Position numbers and translations under genes: made by a program. The notes below the pieces were generated by a model, which was not told where the DNA came from, did no database searches, and worked only from the letters and a program-made list of their open reading frames with translations. DNA of 64,000 nucleotides from Octopus vulgaris (lineage: Eukaryota), in assembly GCA_951406725.2 (NCBI GenBank), contig OX597819.1, positions 24,242,001 to 24,306,000 on the forward strand, given 5' to 3'. The stretch's first letter is position 1. Every line of letters begins with the position of its first letter. This document shows positions 26,838-40,069 of this stretch, in pieces.

Positions 26838-28949
26838 CCCATTGACAACGGGTTTTTTTTTCTATCAAGCTACTAGGTTGCATTGACGGTAATCATCTTG
26901 GTTGAGATCAGCAATTAACGCACGACAATGGTTCGGCGTATATTTATATAAACCACTTTAACCAGTTTACGGCGGTGATTCACTCGGTTGCTTACGCGCG
27001 GCAACGGTAATCGCAGCGATTGACGTCAGCACTCAGTGCAAGATAACGCTCGGCGTATATTCATGTCAACTACTTTAGTGCAGGTACAGTTTATTTACCC
27101 ATATCTCGGTGCAGGACGCTCATGAGGTATTATTCCTGAATAAGATCACCCGACTGCAGAAGTCAGATCAACTTCATGTATTTACAATCACGGGAATACT
27201 GACTTTAATGTGGTAGAGTTCAACACAGGGTGCCACAAACAGTGGAATGTCACACTGTGAACAATGGTATCTAGTTTCCTTACGTTTCCCTTTCGCTTTA
27301 CATACTGTGCATCTCTTTGAAGCATTTGTCTTCTTGTCGGTGGGGCCAAACAGTCGTGGGAAATGTGCACGCCCCTTCACTATGCGGTGAGGAGAGAGTC
27401 CGGCGTGGGGACGTCCATGCGATCTGTACTTTGGTGTCTATCATTTCATAACAGATTATTGAATGTCAATCCATCCCTCACACCGCCAAGCATCTACCAA
27501 ATAAAATGTGAGTTCACGACACACGTCTCAACTACATGCAAGAAAAGTTTTTGCATCATTTCACAAATTTTCCCACCGATTTGTGTGTCGTCGCCAGCCG
27601 ATCTGAGCAATCGACTCTGCTTATCCCTTCATAGTATGAAACAACTACACTCAGTTTCATTATGGCATTACCGTCCGCATCTTGTTTCCTAGTGTCCTTC
27701 ATGCTTGCAGAATGCATTGTGGATAACATGCAGACATTTTTCTTGTCACGCCAACTATCGGCACATCGGTACGCTGTTTCCCCCATTCGAAGTTTTATCT
27801 TGTTTTTCTTGTGCATCCTCACAGTCCCACAGGCATCAGTCCTCCTCGCCAGAAGCTTCAGGAAGAGGTCTGGACTTTGTCAAACAAGTCTTCATTCAGC
27901 GACAAACAACACATCAGAGTAGACGCTGGAAAATCCAATCTGTCCTGACCAGTGTAGGTTTTGTAATTCCACGTGTACTCACAGACTCTGCCACTTGACT
28001 GGAATACTTTATAAACCTTGACTCCAAAGCGGGCACGTTTGGTCGGGTTGTACTATTTGAATCGGAGCCTTCCTTTGAATATACACAAGCTTTCGTCCTG
28101 ACAAATGTCCTGTGTGGGTACATATACCATTCTGAAATTTTCAGACACTTCGTCAACGATAGCACGTATTTTGTGCAGCCTGCCATCATGGGTCTTCGCC
28201 TGAGTTGAAATGTAGATTTCGAAGAAGTGCTAAAATCCATCGTTTTCGAAAAGAAAGGTGTCGACGTGGCTGGATCCCGATTCCAATATGTTGCCAGGGT
28301 CAGTTTCTTCACGATACACATCAGTATCAGCAGGGCAAGCAGAACTTTGATTTTGTCCCCTGTGGTTGGAAACCAATCACCGCCATGCCCGAGTCTGACA
28401 TGCTGGGGACAGTTTTTCAGCATAGTCATTCGTTTTGTCTGCTCAATGTTGGAACATTTCATCCGCCAAAAACTCGTGAAAGATTTCCAGTGGCGAACGT
28501 CCATGTTCAAGGTTTGCCTTTATGCTAGGCGTACCAGTAAACCCATGCCGTTGGACGAAAGTGTCTCTCGCTCGCCACACGACATTCTGTTGTCCAGGGC
28601 CATCATTCATTGCTGCTTGCCTGTACCTTTGTTTCATCGGAATATCATCATCGCTATTGGAATCATCTGATTCTGAACCAAGAAAATACTCACTCTCTGA
28701 GTCACCGTCCTAACAACTGGTGAGGTGGTGGAGCTTGGTGTAGCTTGGCGCGACGTCCGTAAAATCAACGAAACAGGACGCGAGTGGACGTTAACAGAGC
28801 CGGAGTGGCAAGACTAGCCTATCGTGTTGTAAATATTTACATGAGGCATCTCAGGCGACAGGTTCTAACTCAGGCGGCGTATAATTACGTCGACCGATTT
28901 AAAGCATGTGCATTGTGTACGTAAATTTACACCAAGCGTTTTAAAAGGG
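26838..28949 (-). mobile_element. Decayed piggyBac DNA transposon
   Basis: TTAA at 26834-26837 and 28950-28953; imperfect TIRs CCCATTGACAACG / CGTTTTAAAAGGG (10/13 match); transposase relics inside. Confidence 0.85.
27174..28710 (-). pseudogene. piggyBac (PGBD4-like) transposase pseudogene
   Basis: Frameshifted segments: SPLEIFHEFLADEM, FKGRLRFKQYNPTKRARFGVK, WRDKKNVCMLSTMH, and the C-terminal Cys-rich RCTVCKAKGKRKETRYHCSQCDIPL..PC...YH. Confidence 0.85.
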
Positions 28950-29675
28950 TTAAACCTTCGTCCATGTTGATTGAACATGTCAGATCTATGACTAAAGGTA
29001 TACCAACTGTAACTACCCCTTATTTTCTCAGAAGATTATGTTTTCTAGGATTACATTATCCAAAGATACCCTTTCTTTTTTAAGATGCTGATTGTAACTT
29101 GCCTGCTATTTCTAGTTGGCCGAATAACTACCTAGATATTCATTGCTCTTTGATACTCGGCTGATTTATGTTCTTTGCTATTTAGCCCCTAGTTAGTTGA
29201 CCTATGATGATCAAAGACATTCCAGACATGACTATCTTGACTACTTATTAATTTCCATGAAATGTACGGGCACGATCGAAATATTTAAGAAGCAGACGTT
29301 TATCGGACTGTAATAGATAACGGAAGTGCACACGTTATTTCTTTCTTCGATCCTAAGTTATTCAAATGCAAAATGAAACAAAGAATATTTGTATAAATAA
29401 GAATATTAGATAATACAGTAAAACCTTTATTGTCATGTTGTACACTTTTCAACAACTTCAAGTTACATAACACAGGATATCCTACAGTACAAGCAACAAC
29501 AACGTATTTGTTTCTCTTCTTCACCTTTAGACAAAGAACAACGACTGAAAAGTTAAATAGCTCACTCCTTTTCAGCTATCGAACTAATCAACCTCTTCTA
29601 CAAACTCTCCTACTGACAACTTATTGTCAACAGACCATCACCAATTTCGCTATATTTCTGTCTTTATTTTTTTTA

Positions 29676-30245
29676 AGGCCGCGAGCTGGCAGAAAGGTTA
29701 GCACACCGGGCGAAATGCTTAACGGTATTTCGTCTGCTGTTACGTTCTGAGGTCAAATTCCGCCGAGGTCAACTTTGCCTTTCATCCTTTTGGGGTCGAT
29801 AAATTAAGTACCAGTTCCGCACTGGGGTCGATGTAATCGACTTAATTCGTGTGTCTGTCATTGTTTGTCCCCTCTGTGTTTAGCCCCTTGTGGGTAGTAA
29901 AGAAATATGTATTTCATCTAGCGTTACGTTCTGAGTTCAAACTCCGCCAAGGTCGACTTTGCCTTTCATCTTTTCGGGGTCGATTAAATAAGTAACAGTT
30001 AGGCACTGGGGTCGATATAATCGACTGAAACCCTTTGTCTGTCCTTGTTTGTCCCCTCTATGTTTAGCCCCTTGTGGGTAATAAAGAAATAGGTACTTCG
30101 TCTGTCTTTACGTTCTGAGTTCATAATTCCGCCGAGGTCGACTTTGCCTTTCATCTTTGCGGGGTCGATAAATTGAATACAAGTTGCGTACTGGGGTTAA
30201 TCTAATCGACTGGCCCCCTCCCTCAAAATTTCGGGCCTTGTGTTT
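29676..30245 (+). mobile_element. SINE family C head-to-tail trimer
   Basis: Three units containing gagttcaaattccgccgaggtcgactttgcctttcatc...ggggtcgat...aagtaccag. Units 1 and 2 end in ...gccccttgtgggta(a/g)taaagaaata; unit 3 ends in ...aaaatttcgggccttgtg. Confidence 0.85.
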
Positions 30246-30559
30246 TTTTTAACATTTTTGTTTCTAAACTATGTTTAGCTCGGATAATGAAATACTAGAG
30301 AACCACGGGCCGATACGTTGTCAAAATATCAATCAGCTGATAAGAGGAGAGCGAAAGTATGAAGCCGAGTGTCTCGTCATCTGTGCAACTCTCTGTTCAA
30401 GGACGTATACCCTAACGTACGATATCCTCAAATATCTAACCGTAACTATTATTGATAAATGCATAATCACCAATGTTGGAAATAATATGACAGTATAAAG
30501 TGTAAATGTTTCACAATCTTGTAATATTGATTCCAAATTCATAAATGTGGGGAAAAAGT

Positions 30560-31310
30560 AATAACTTTGTGTTCCGATATGCCAAGACTGAAGCCGAACT
30601 ACAAGAAATGATAGACTAAGTCGATAAGGCATCAAATAAGTATGGTTTTAATCTTAACCGTAAGAAAACAAAAGCCATGATAGTAGGAAAAAAGTAAATG
30701 TTATCACCAAACTGGACAATGAGAAACTCGAGCAGGTTCAATTGTATAAATATCTTTGAGCCTAAGTCTCTGATGAAGCCATATGTAAGAAACAAAAAAG
30801 GGGACACGGATAGCCTTGGCAAGAACTTCCATGGTAAAGCTTAATTACTTTTGAATCACCAAAAAAGTCCCAAGTTAAAACAAGGCTAATGCAAACACCT
30901 ATTTAACCAATAGGCATTTTTGGTTGCCAAGCTCGGACCCTAAACAAATTTGACCAACATATAATTAATGCATTTTAAATGTGAGTGCATAGGAGAATGT
31001 TACGAGTCTCTTTCAAAGGACATCGGGCAAATGAATGTGTGTTACGAGTAGATGAAAAACGACAATTCCTAAACACTGTGGAAAAAGAAAAGCTCATCTA
31101 TTAAGGCCGTATTCGAAGAACCAGAGGTCTGGAAAACATTATCATAGAACGGTGTGTAGAGAGTAGTTGACCAAGAAGCAGGCAAAGAATGCAATGGAGG
31201 ACAATGTTGCGTGGTGGCTGGACAAACATGGCAAGGCAGCGGGATAACTGGCACTTAATCGGGAAAACGTTCGTTGCAGTGTCATCAATGCGCTGCAGGT
31301 GTATGATACA
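30560..31310 (+). pseudogene. Decayed RTE-clade LINE RT C-terminal fragment
   Basis: Translates in pieces as KYGFNLNRKKTKAMIVG, LEQVQLYKYL, FGCQARTLNK, INAF*M*VHRRMLRVS; multiple stops and frameshifts. Confidence 0.6.
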
Positions 31311-31598
31311 TGACGACCGTGTTATGCCTACAGGTTGATCAAACGCGTAATGGTGTGTAAATTAGGATACGCTCCACCATATGAACAAGCGCGGAAGACG
31401 TAATCCAAATGTAAATGAGAAACACAAATGATTATATTGATTGTAGTAATCAATCACTGTTTTCATATTAAGTTCCACCGAGATGTTTCACTCCAAATTT
31501 CTGTTCTCCCACCAACAAAATTACGTAGGCCATTTCACTAGAAATAGATGAATATACATATACACACACGCATATGATATATGGATATGTATATATGG

Positions 31599-31636
<38 letters not shown>

Positions 31637-31657
31637 GCACACACACATATATGTAAG

Positions 31658-31700
<43 letters not shown>

Positions 31701-31939
31701 ATTTATATGTATTTATGTATGTATGCATTATTTTAAAAATTCATCTTCCATTTCTAACTCGCAACGTTTTGCATAAATATTTGTTAATTATTTTATCTCA
31801 TATACAAACTCTGAGAATGCAAATAAATTTAACTACTACAGCTATGTTCTAGTTTGAGTTTGATTTAAATAAAAATTGCTATGAATTCTCTTTGTGGGCA
31901 GAAGGAGAAAGAAAAGAGGACTTCTCTTCCTTTATTTTA

Positions 31940-32010
31940 CTTTTTTTCTGATGAAGGACTAATGTCCGAAACATTAGGTCACTTTTTTCGTTGAAGCATT
32001 AAACTAATAT
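31940..32010 (+). ncRNA. Hammerhead-like motif in a PLE-type 3' relic
   Basis: CTGATGA-A-GGAC(TAAT)GTCC-GAAA-CATTAG-GTC at 31948-31980. Core and GUC triplet are canonical but stem I is not evident. Confidence 0.5.
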
Positions 32011-32089
32011 CACGTTTCCAAACTTTGTCCTAACTGCGTCGTTCCTTTAAGTGTATTCTGTCTTTGCATTACATATATAAATAGGAGTA

Positions 32090-32405
32090 CTCAGTCGGTT
32101 GCGATGATGAGGGTCCCAGCTGATACGATCAACGGAATAGTATGCTCGTGAAATTAACGTACAAGTGGCTGAGCTGTCCACATGCATGTGTACCCCTAAC
32201 GTAGTTCTCAGGGTGATTCAGCGTGACACAGAGTGTGACAAACTGGCCCTTTGAAATACAGATACAACTCATTTTAGCCAGCTGAGTGGACTGGAGCAAC
32301 GTGAAATAAAGTGTCTTGCTCAAGGACACAACGCCTCGCCGGGAATTGAACTCACGACCTTACAATCGTGAGTCGAATGCCCTAAACACTAAGCCACGCG
32401 CCTTC
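32090..32405 (-). mobile_element. SINE family B copy
   Basis: Reverse complement of 42167-42482. Confidence 0.85.
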
Positions 32406-32503
32406 ACACGTGTGTAAATATATACATAGATACAGACATACAGATAGAAGCACACACATATGCATACACATGTATATACATACACACACATATACACACA
32501 GAC

Positions 32504-32547
<44 letters not shown>

Positions 32548-32912
32548 ATATATATATAGATAGATATAGACATACACATTAAGCACAAGGCCAGCAATTT
32601 ATGGGGTGAATATAGTCAATTGTTTTGACACCATTAATTGAAGGTTACTTTACTTTATCCATCCCAGAGGACTTAAAAGTCAAATTATACTTTTCTTAGG
32701 TCATTATATCTGATAACTATACAGTAATATAGAAATAATAAACAAATACAGAAACACATGCACGCACACATACACACACATACACGTTAATAGAAATTTA
32801 AGTCGAATGGCGCCAAAAGAATTGAAAATCGTGTATTTCGTACTATTAGTGCCCTCTTAAATTTGATACTAACTAATGCAGCATTATTAAACTCACAATT
32901 TGTCCTCTGTGT

Positions 32913-32958
<46 letters not shown>

Positions 32959-32974
32959 ATAAACACTCCGAATC

Positions 32975-33009
<35 letters not shown>

Positions 33010-33046
33010 CATGTATATGTATGTTTATATACATACACAAACACAC

Positions 33047-33097
<51 letters not shown>

Positions 33098-33396
33098 TGT
33101 ATGTGTGTATGTATGTGTACGCAAACATTCTATATAAGCTCTCTTGTGTCTGAGAATGCATGTATTAGCTAATAGCATGTTGTTGAAAGAGAAGAATACA
33201 AATATAAAAGCGAGCAGATCATATACCAAGTGAGTGTCAGAAAGGTATAAAATACACAGAAGATAAATTATACAATGAAGATTTACGATAATTTAATAAC
33301 CTCGATGACTGGCATAAAATAACACACCACTGGAAATAAACACTTAATATGCAAACAGTGTTAATAGAAAGATTGAATTCATACATACAATTATGG

Positions 33397-33429
<33 letters not shown>

Positions 33430-35460
33430 TTTACTTTCACAAATCCCTGGAAGTATGTTGACTTAAATAACAATGCTTTGTCAATGGCTTTGTGACGATC
33501 ATGAATTCTGCGAAGAAGAACTTAAGTAAATCCCATAGAAAACCATACATAGATATAGAGCTGAAATCATTCATATATATATACCAGTGCAAATGAAGTG
33601 CCGTAAATAGATATGAAATATTTAATAAATGATAGACGTTGAAGTTCATAATCCATCAATGTATATCGGAATATAAAGACTCTCTGGAAGATATGCTTGA
33701 GATCAGCAAATCCTGTGAAAATCACTATGGTACTCTCTTCCAATGCAACTTATTGTTGTTGCGAAAATAGCATTGAAACATAAATAAAAAAAACAACTTT
33801 TTTTGAAACCGAACAATGCTAAATAAAATACAATGTGAAGTGCAAAAGTGAAAACAGAACAACAGTTGAAATTTTAACTTGTAATTCGATATTTTCTCAG
33901 GATACGTGGAGAAGTTAGAGATAGGATTTCGTTACTCGGATATGTGGAAAGGGTCAATAACATGCGGAGACTGGTTTTGTTACAATAGCCAGCCTCCTTC
34001 GTGATAAAAGCTCTTTGCTGTTTCAACTTGTTAATAAAGTAATGGAGATGTATTACTAAGCTGAGGCTAGCTCTAAACAACAGAGAAGAGCTACATGAAG
34101 AAGACTGGCGCGTGTCACTGTGTTGTTCGATACATCTGAGTAGCGATTTATTCCACCTCTCATTTCTCCACGTGTCCTGAAGAAGGATTCATTACTCGTG
34201 AAATATAGAAATCCTATTGTTCTATGTTCACTTTTGTAGTTCACTTAGTATTTCATGTTATATTATTTCGACCTTATCAACAAAAAAAAAAAATTTCCAC
34301 CATGGAATAAATATAAAAAAATATTTCTCCTGTTAAGTACGTCCATACATACGTTTCAGTGCGCAGAATATTGGTTAGAACAGGCCCAACAAAACTTTCG
34401 CCAAATAGTTTGCAAATTAAAGAAAAATTATGTACGTATGTTGTAAAGAACGTCTGCTCAACAGATATATATTTCGAATCACAGAAAAGGACAATATTTA
34501 CGGATAGTTGCTTCGACAGGTTACATCTCTACAACCCTTTTACAAAATCTCATTAATACGTATAACTGGTGCACTTGACTATATTATTTAATGTGTGAGT
34601 GACAATGCTGAAATGTTAATGTTTTCAAATTGTGACCAATGCGCAGTTTACGAATGTTACACGTAAGAGAAATAGCCAAAACTTGTTTGAAGTTCAATAT
34701 ATAAATTTTGTTAGTAACCGACTCCTTCTTCATAAACATACAAGTTGGTGTAGTGCTACGTGGATACATACATTCATTCAGGAATTTATAGATTAATACA
34801 TTTCTATAGATATATATATATGCGAGCGCTTGTATCGTTATTTTTATATCATACGTGCGTATTAGTGTGTGTGTGCGCGCGTATACTAGCGCTAAATCGT
34901 TATCTCGTATCTTAAATATACACATACGCCATATACTCTGACTGGCGATATAAGATAACAACTACCCATTACTATAATATAACTTGAACTTAATATTTGT
35001 TCATAAATTCCTTGAAATCCCTTCGTTAACCGCATCTTCACACATCATTTTGAGCATTTCGTATCCAGCAATTACCATCTTTTCTGATTCTTTTAAAAGT
35101 AGCCACTACTTCACTTTTCTTGATTAAAGTCCTCTTGTATTTATGAGTCTTTGATTTCTTGCCCCTATGTATTAGCTTATCTGTCATTTTCTGCCCATTG
35201 ATTTAAAGCTTCGTGTGTTATATTTGTCATTCTTTTCCTGTTGTTGAAATGTGAATAAAACGTGCTTGGCTGATTTAAGTTTGATATATGAATATTCAAA
35301 ATGCAAGTTACGAATTTTCCCTTCTCCCTGATATATTTTGTGTTTTAACACAGCAAGCCCATGTGAGATGCTATCTCAGGACAAAAAACTGCAGTAACTA
35401 GCCTATCAAGAGCGTACATACATTACATATGATACATAAATTGCGATATACATATATATA

Positions 35461-35730
35461 TAGCCGAACGATAGACTTAGCTATATTAATGTAGGTTCCT
35501 GCCCCTCCCCCCATAGTATTTAAGAATTTAGTTAAAAACATTAGCAAGATAATTTCTAGCCTCTCCTCCGATATAAACATTTTTAATAGTGTTGCCCCAA
35601 TATATAATAAAGCTCTAAAAGATAGTGGCTTTAGAGAGGAAATAACCTATACACCTGTTATTAGTCCAGTAACAAAGATAAGGAAAAATAGGAATAGGAC
35701 AATTATCTGGTTCACACCACCTTACTCTCC
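35461..35730 (+). pseudogene. Fragment of a second PLE family RT thumb/linker
   Basis: PNDRLSYINVGS.. / KNLVKNISKIISSLSSDINIFNSVAPIYNKALKDSGFREEITY...RNRTIIWFTPPYS resembles the PLE thumb-linker motif (IIWFNPPYS); one frameshift. Confidence 0.7.
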
Positions 35731-35871
35731 CTGAAGTGTGTGTGCGTACGTGTATGTGTGTGTGTATGTGTGTGCATATGCAGATTCCATGAATGAATTA
35801 TTTCTTTTTCCACGCCTACTGGAGTTATTTCCCTTTATTCAACGTTTTTTTTAAAATTTTCATAGTGTTTG

Positions 35872-35940
35872 TCTTGATAACTGATGAGATGCCGGAGCAG
35901 ACTTTAGCCCCGGCATCCGAAACACCGAGTTTTATTATGA
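35872..35940 (+). ncRNA. Type I hammerhead ribozyme motif downstream of the PLE fragment
   Basis: Stem I TGATAA/TTATTA; CTGATGA 35881-35887; 8-bp stem II GATGCCGG/CCGGCATC; GAAA 35919-35922; CACCGAG-TT (GUU triplet). Confidence 0.65.
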
Positions 35941-36024
35941 CAACCAACTAATTGTCAACATTATATATATATATATAGATAGATAGATAGCTATATAGAT
36001 AGATAGATAGATAGATAGAGAGAG

Positions 36025-36084
<60 letters not shown>

Positions 36085-37021
36085 GCATACACTAATGCGC
36101 ACATACACACACACATGCATAGATACAATGAAAGTGAGTGAGGGGGAGAAACTTAAGAAATGAAATAAATGTTGCACTGTGGATTAATCATCAATACTTA
36201 ATAAATTTCCAATGTAGTTTTACACGAACGGTTTCCTTTCCTTAAAATGGTTTTCTTCTATTCATTATAAAAAATAACTAATGCATTCCTTAATAGATTG
36301 TATTTGGAGTGTACGCAGTTGCATGGGTATTACTGCAAAACGATGTCTGTAAAGGAAAACGAGAACATCATGCTGCAGACAAAACAGCGAAAGCGATATC
36401 TAAAACGATGACGTTATGATTAATTTATACGCAGCAGTCACATACCCCTTCCTCATATATCCACTTTCTGATTATCTTCTCGATGGAGAAACATCAAGAC
36501 TATAAACGTCGATAACCGAGAGGCTTTACCAGCGAAATTCTGAATATTAAATGAGTTTTACTTGAACATTTAAAATTAATGGTAATTTATATAAACTAGC
36601 GCCACCCGGAGAAATGCTAAGTTTTATAAATGTTCATATTTCTATTCCGATACATAAATTTATCGATCTTACTAACGTTGTTCGTTATTGTATATCTGTA
36701 GTTAATGTCTTACATTTTCTTCCTTAGTTCAAATAGAAAGTGTCTAACTCGAACTGCTTTTACTATGTTAAATTTTTTTGTTCTCCTGTTCAGTCCCCAC
36801 TAGGGTAAGGTGGCGAGCTGACGAAAACGTTAGCGGCATATCATGTCTTTAAGTTCTGAGTTCAAATTCCGCCGAGGGTGATTTTTGCTTTTCATCCTTT
36901 CGGGGTCGATAAAATAGTACTAGTTTAGCAAAAGTCGATGTAATCGATTAGTTCTCTCCCTGCAAATTTCAGTCCGTGTGTCTATAGTGGAAACGAGTGT
37001 TAACAAATTTGATTACGTCTT

Positions 37022-37305
37022 CCTGGCCCAGTGGTTAGGGCAGCGGACTCGCGGTCGTAGGATCGCGGTTTCGATTCCCAGACCGGGCGTTGTGAGTGTT
37101 TATTGAGCGAAAACACCTGAGGCTCCGGCAGGGTGGTGGTGCCAGTCCTTGCTGTACTCTTTCGCCACAACTCTCTCTCACTCTTTCTTCTGTTGGCCTG
37201 CTCGCTTAGCCAGCGGGGTGGCGTCATTTGAAGGCTAAAACAATGCGAAGCGCATTGTGACCAGCGATGTGTAGCAACATCTGATAACCTGGTCGGTCAC
37301 GGTGA
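37022..37305 (+). mobile_element. tRNA-derived SINE family D
   Basis: TGGCCCAGTGG...GGTTTCGATTCCC head. The head recurs at 52560-52680 and the tail at 49730-49835 (minus). Confidence 0.75.
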
Positions 37306-38019
37306 TATATATATATATATATATATATATACTTGTCTTCCAAAGTTTAGTTAATAGCGAGTTCTTATAGATCTCAACGGGAGTCAGTTGAACACACGTT
37401 TATCGACCTTGACTTCTTAACATCGTTCGTCATTTAGCATTTCCAGGATTTTGTCTTTTTACACCAAAGTATGGATATTATGCCTTATTTTCTCGCTTTT
37501 TCTCTTTCCTCTTCCTTATCTTATTTCCGTCACATGTCATGAATGCTACCCTTAAATAAGTGCAAAACCTATCCGCTATATTTAAGTTTTACGAACCTTC
37601 GTCTTTTAAGGTACAAATCTATACAAATTAAGTTTTAGCTATAACTGACAAAGTACCCCTTGTAATTTAACACCACACAACGAAAATGTTGATACTTCAA
37701 GAAATGATGGTAACTAAATTTAAGAAATAAATTGCTGTAGTAGAATTATTTACCCAACGACAATATATTCGCGGTGTGATGGATATCATAGATAAAATAG
37801 GTGACACCACAGCAATTTTTTCTATGTTTTATACAGGAGAAGCGAGACGCACCATTAGTTTCTATCCATCAGTTAAAATTTTCCACCTTCTTATTTGACT
37901 AAATAAATCAGAATTGTTAAGAAAAATTAAGTTTTATAAATATGAATAATAAAATAATTAAATTCTAAATAAAAGGAACCAATCGAAAGAGAATAGTCGA
38001 ACTTAAGTCATCTTAAATT

Positions 38020-38460
38020 TTGGTTTCAAGGCCATCAAGTTTGGGAATGGGTTTATGTGAACTGCATCACCCCCAGTGCATAACTGGTACTTACGTTATC
38101 GACTCCGAAAGAATGAAAGGCAAAGTGGACCTCGGTGGAGTTTGAACTCACAATGCAAAGACGGACGACATGCTGCTAAGCATTTTGCCCGGCGTGCTAA
38201 CGATTTTGCCAGTTCACCATCTTTACGTCATCATAAATATTAGTCATTAGAGAAAGTGTCGATTTGGTAAAGTCGTTAGCACGCTGGGCTTAGTGACATT
38301 TCCTCCATCTTTGCGTTCTGAGTTCAAATTCCGTCGAGGTCGACTTTGCCTTAAACCTTTCGTGCTTGATAAAATAAGTACCTGTCGAGCACTGGGGTCG
38401 ATGTCATCGATTTAGACCTCCCCCCACCCAAATTGCTGGCTTCGTTTCAAAATTTGAAGT
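38020..38460. mobile_element. Two SINE family C copies in head-to-head orientation (minus 38020-38220, plus 38255-38460)
   Basis: Family C centre on opposite strands; another plus-strand copy at ~36807-36995. Confidence 0.7.
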
Positions 38461-38538
38461 GAATATTAATTATTAGAGGAAAAAAGAATGATAAATATAG
38501 ACACATGGTATAGTGGGCATATTCCAGGCAGTAACCTC

Positions 38539-38579
<41 letters not shown>

Positions 38580-38660
38580 CATCAAAAAATACCTTAGGAA
38601 TAAGAAACCAGGTTCAAAATTTCCCAAGACACCTGATAAAGGCTGGAGGGTATATCAGCC

Positions 38661-38985
38661 GAATGAAGGGTCAAGGAGACTGACAGAAAGAATGAAGGGC
38701 AAAGGAGACCAACAGAAAGAATGAAGGGCCAAGGAGACTGACAGAAAGAATGAAGGGCCAAGGAGACCGACAGAAAGAATGAAGGGCCAAGGAGACCGAC
38801 AGAAAGAATGAAGAGCCAAGGAGACCGACAGAAAGAATGAAGGGCCAAGGAGACCGACAGAAAGAATGAAGGGCCAAGGAGACCGACAGAAAGAATGAAG
38901 GGCCAAGGAGACCGACAGAAAGAATGAAGGGCCAAGGAGACCGACAGAAAGAATGAAGCGCCAAGGAGACCGACAGAAAGAATGA
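38661..38985. repeat. 29-bp minisatellite, ~11 copies (GAATGAAGGGCCAAGGAGACCGACAGAAA)
   Basis: Directly visible, near-identical units with no spacers. Confidence 0.97.
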
Positions 38986-40036
38986 TGAGGACAAATATCC
39001 GTCAAATATAAATAATGAAAATAATGTAAATAATATAAATAAAAAACAGTAAATATTTTGAAAATTATTTAAAAGAATCCTAAATAAAATTAGTTTGGAA
39101 TACAAACACAGTCTCATGTCCAGCTCTAACAGTATTGATCATGATGTTCCCAAATATATAACAAACAAAATGATAACATATGGAATGCATTCAGTTCAGT
39201 ATGAATTTTTTTGTTGTTGACGTATAAATGAGCGGCGAACACAGCAGCAAATGACAAGATCTGAACTCGTAACAAAGAAATCCGAAACTAAATAAATATT
39301 TAATACATTTTGTACGGTACTGTATCGCATCGTTTATTTTCAACGACTGAACATAATTAAAGTGAGGAATGTTACCACACCGAAATTTGATCATTCGATA
39401 CTGAAACATAAAATTATCTATGAAGAGAAGCCACCGTGTTAATTTTTATCTACGAACCTTGAATAATAGTTGGCATTGTCAATGTTCAATATTATCCAAG
39501 AACAATTTCTCTCGTATGCTTTAGAACTGACATCATATTACTAGCGTCTTATGTACAAACAATATGGTGATTGTTTTCCTTCATCTCAAAATGGCCACTA
39601 TATAGTCAAGAAGTAGTTCCTAATGAAGAAGCAGGTGCATAAATAAATAAGTAAGTAAAACGGAAACAAAAGTATCTTGCGCAGTTTATTTAGCAATACT
39701 GATTACAAACAATAATTATCAAAATTGGAACAGCACAGTTTCAACATGGTAAAAATTTGGTTCGTTTGCAAACTTTTATCTGATTCTACCTCATTTTACA
39801 AACATAGCTAAAGACTTATATATTTGTTTATATATTTAGTTATTTTATAAAGTAATTGGTTAACAATGGAGTCGTTGATTACAGATTTCCAACTGGCCTA
39901 GCGAGAATTACAAGGCACAGCTTGTGGCTTCGTAGAACGAATATCGGAGGGGACTTCGCTTGTTGGTATTCTTGTCAATGTTTTTTACACCCTTTGCACA
40001 TATATGTATGTATTTATATGTGTTATACATATGTTT

Positions 40037-40069
<33 letters not shown>

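Noticed and set aside
38661-38985. CRISPR-like array (29-bp repeats)
   Set aside because: No spacers, no cas genes, eukaryotic context; it is a minisatellite.
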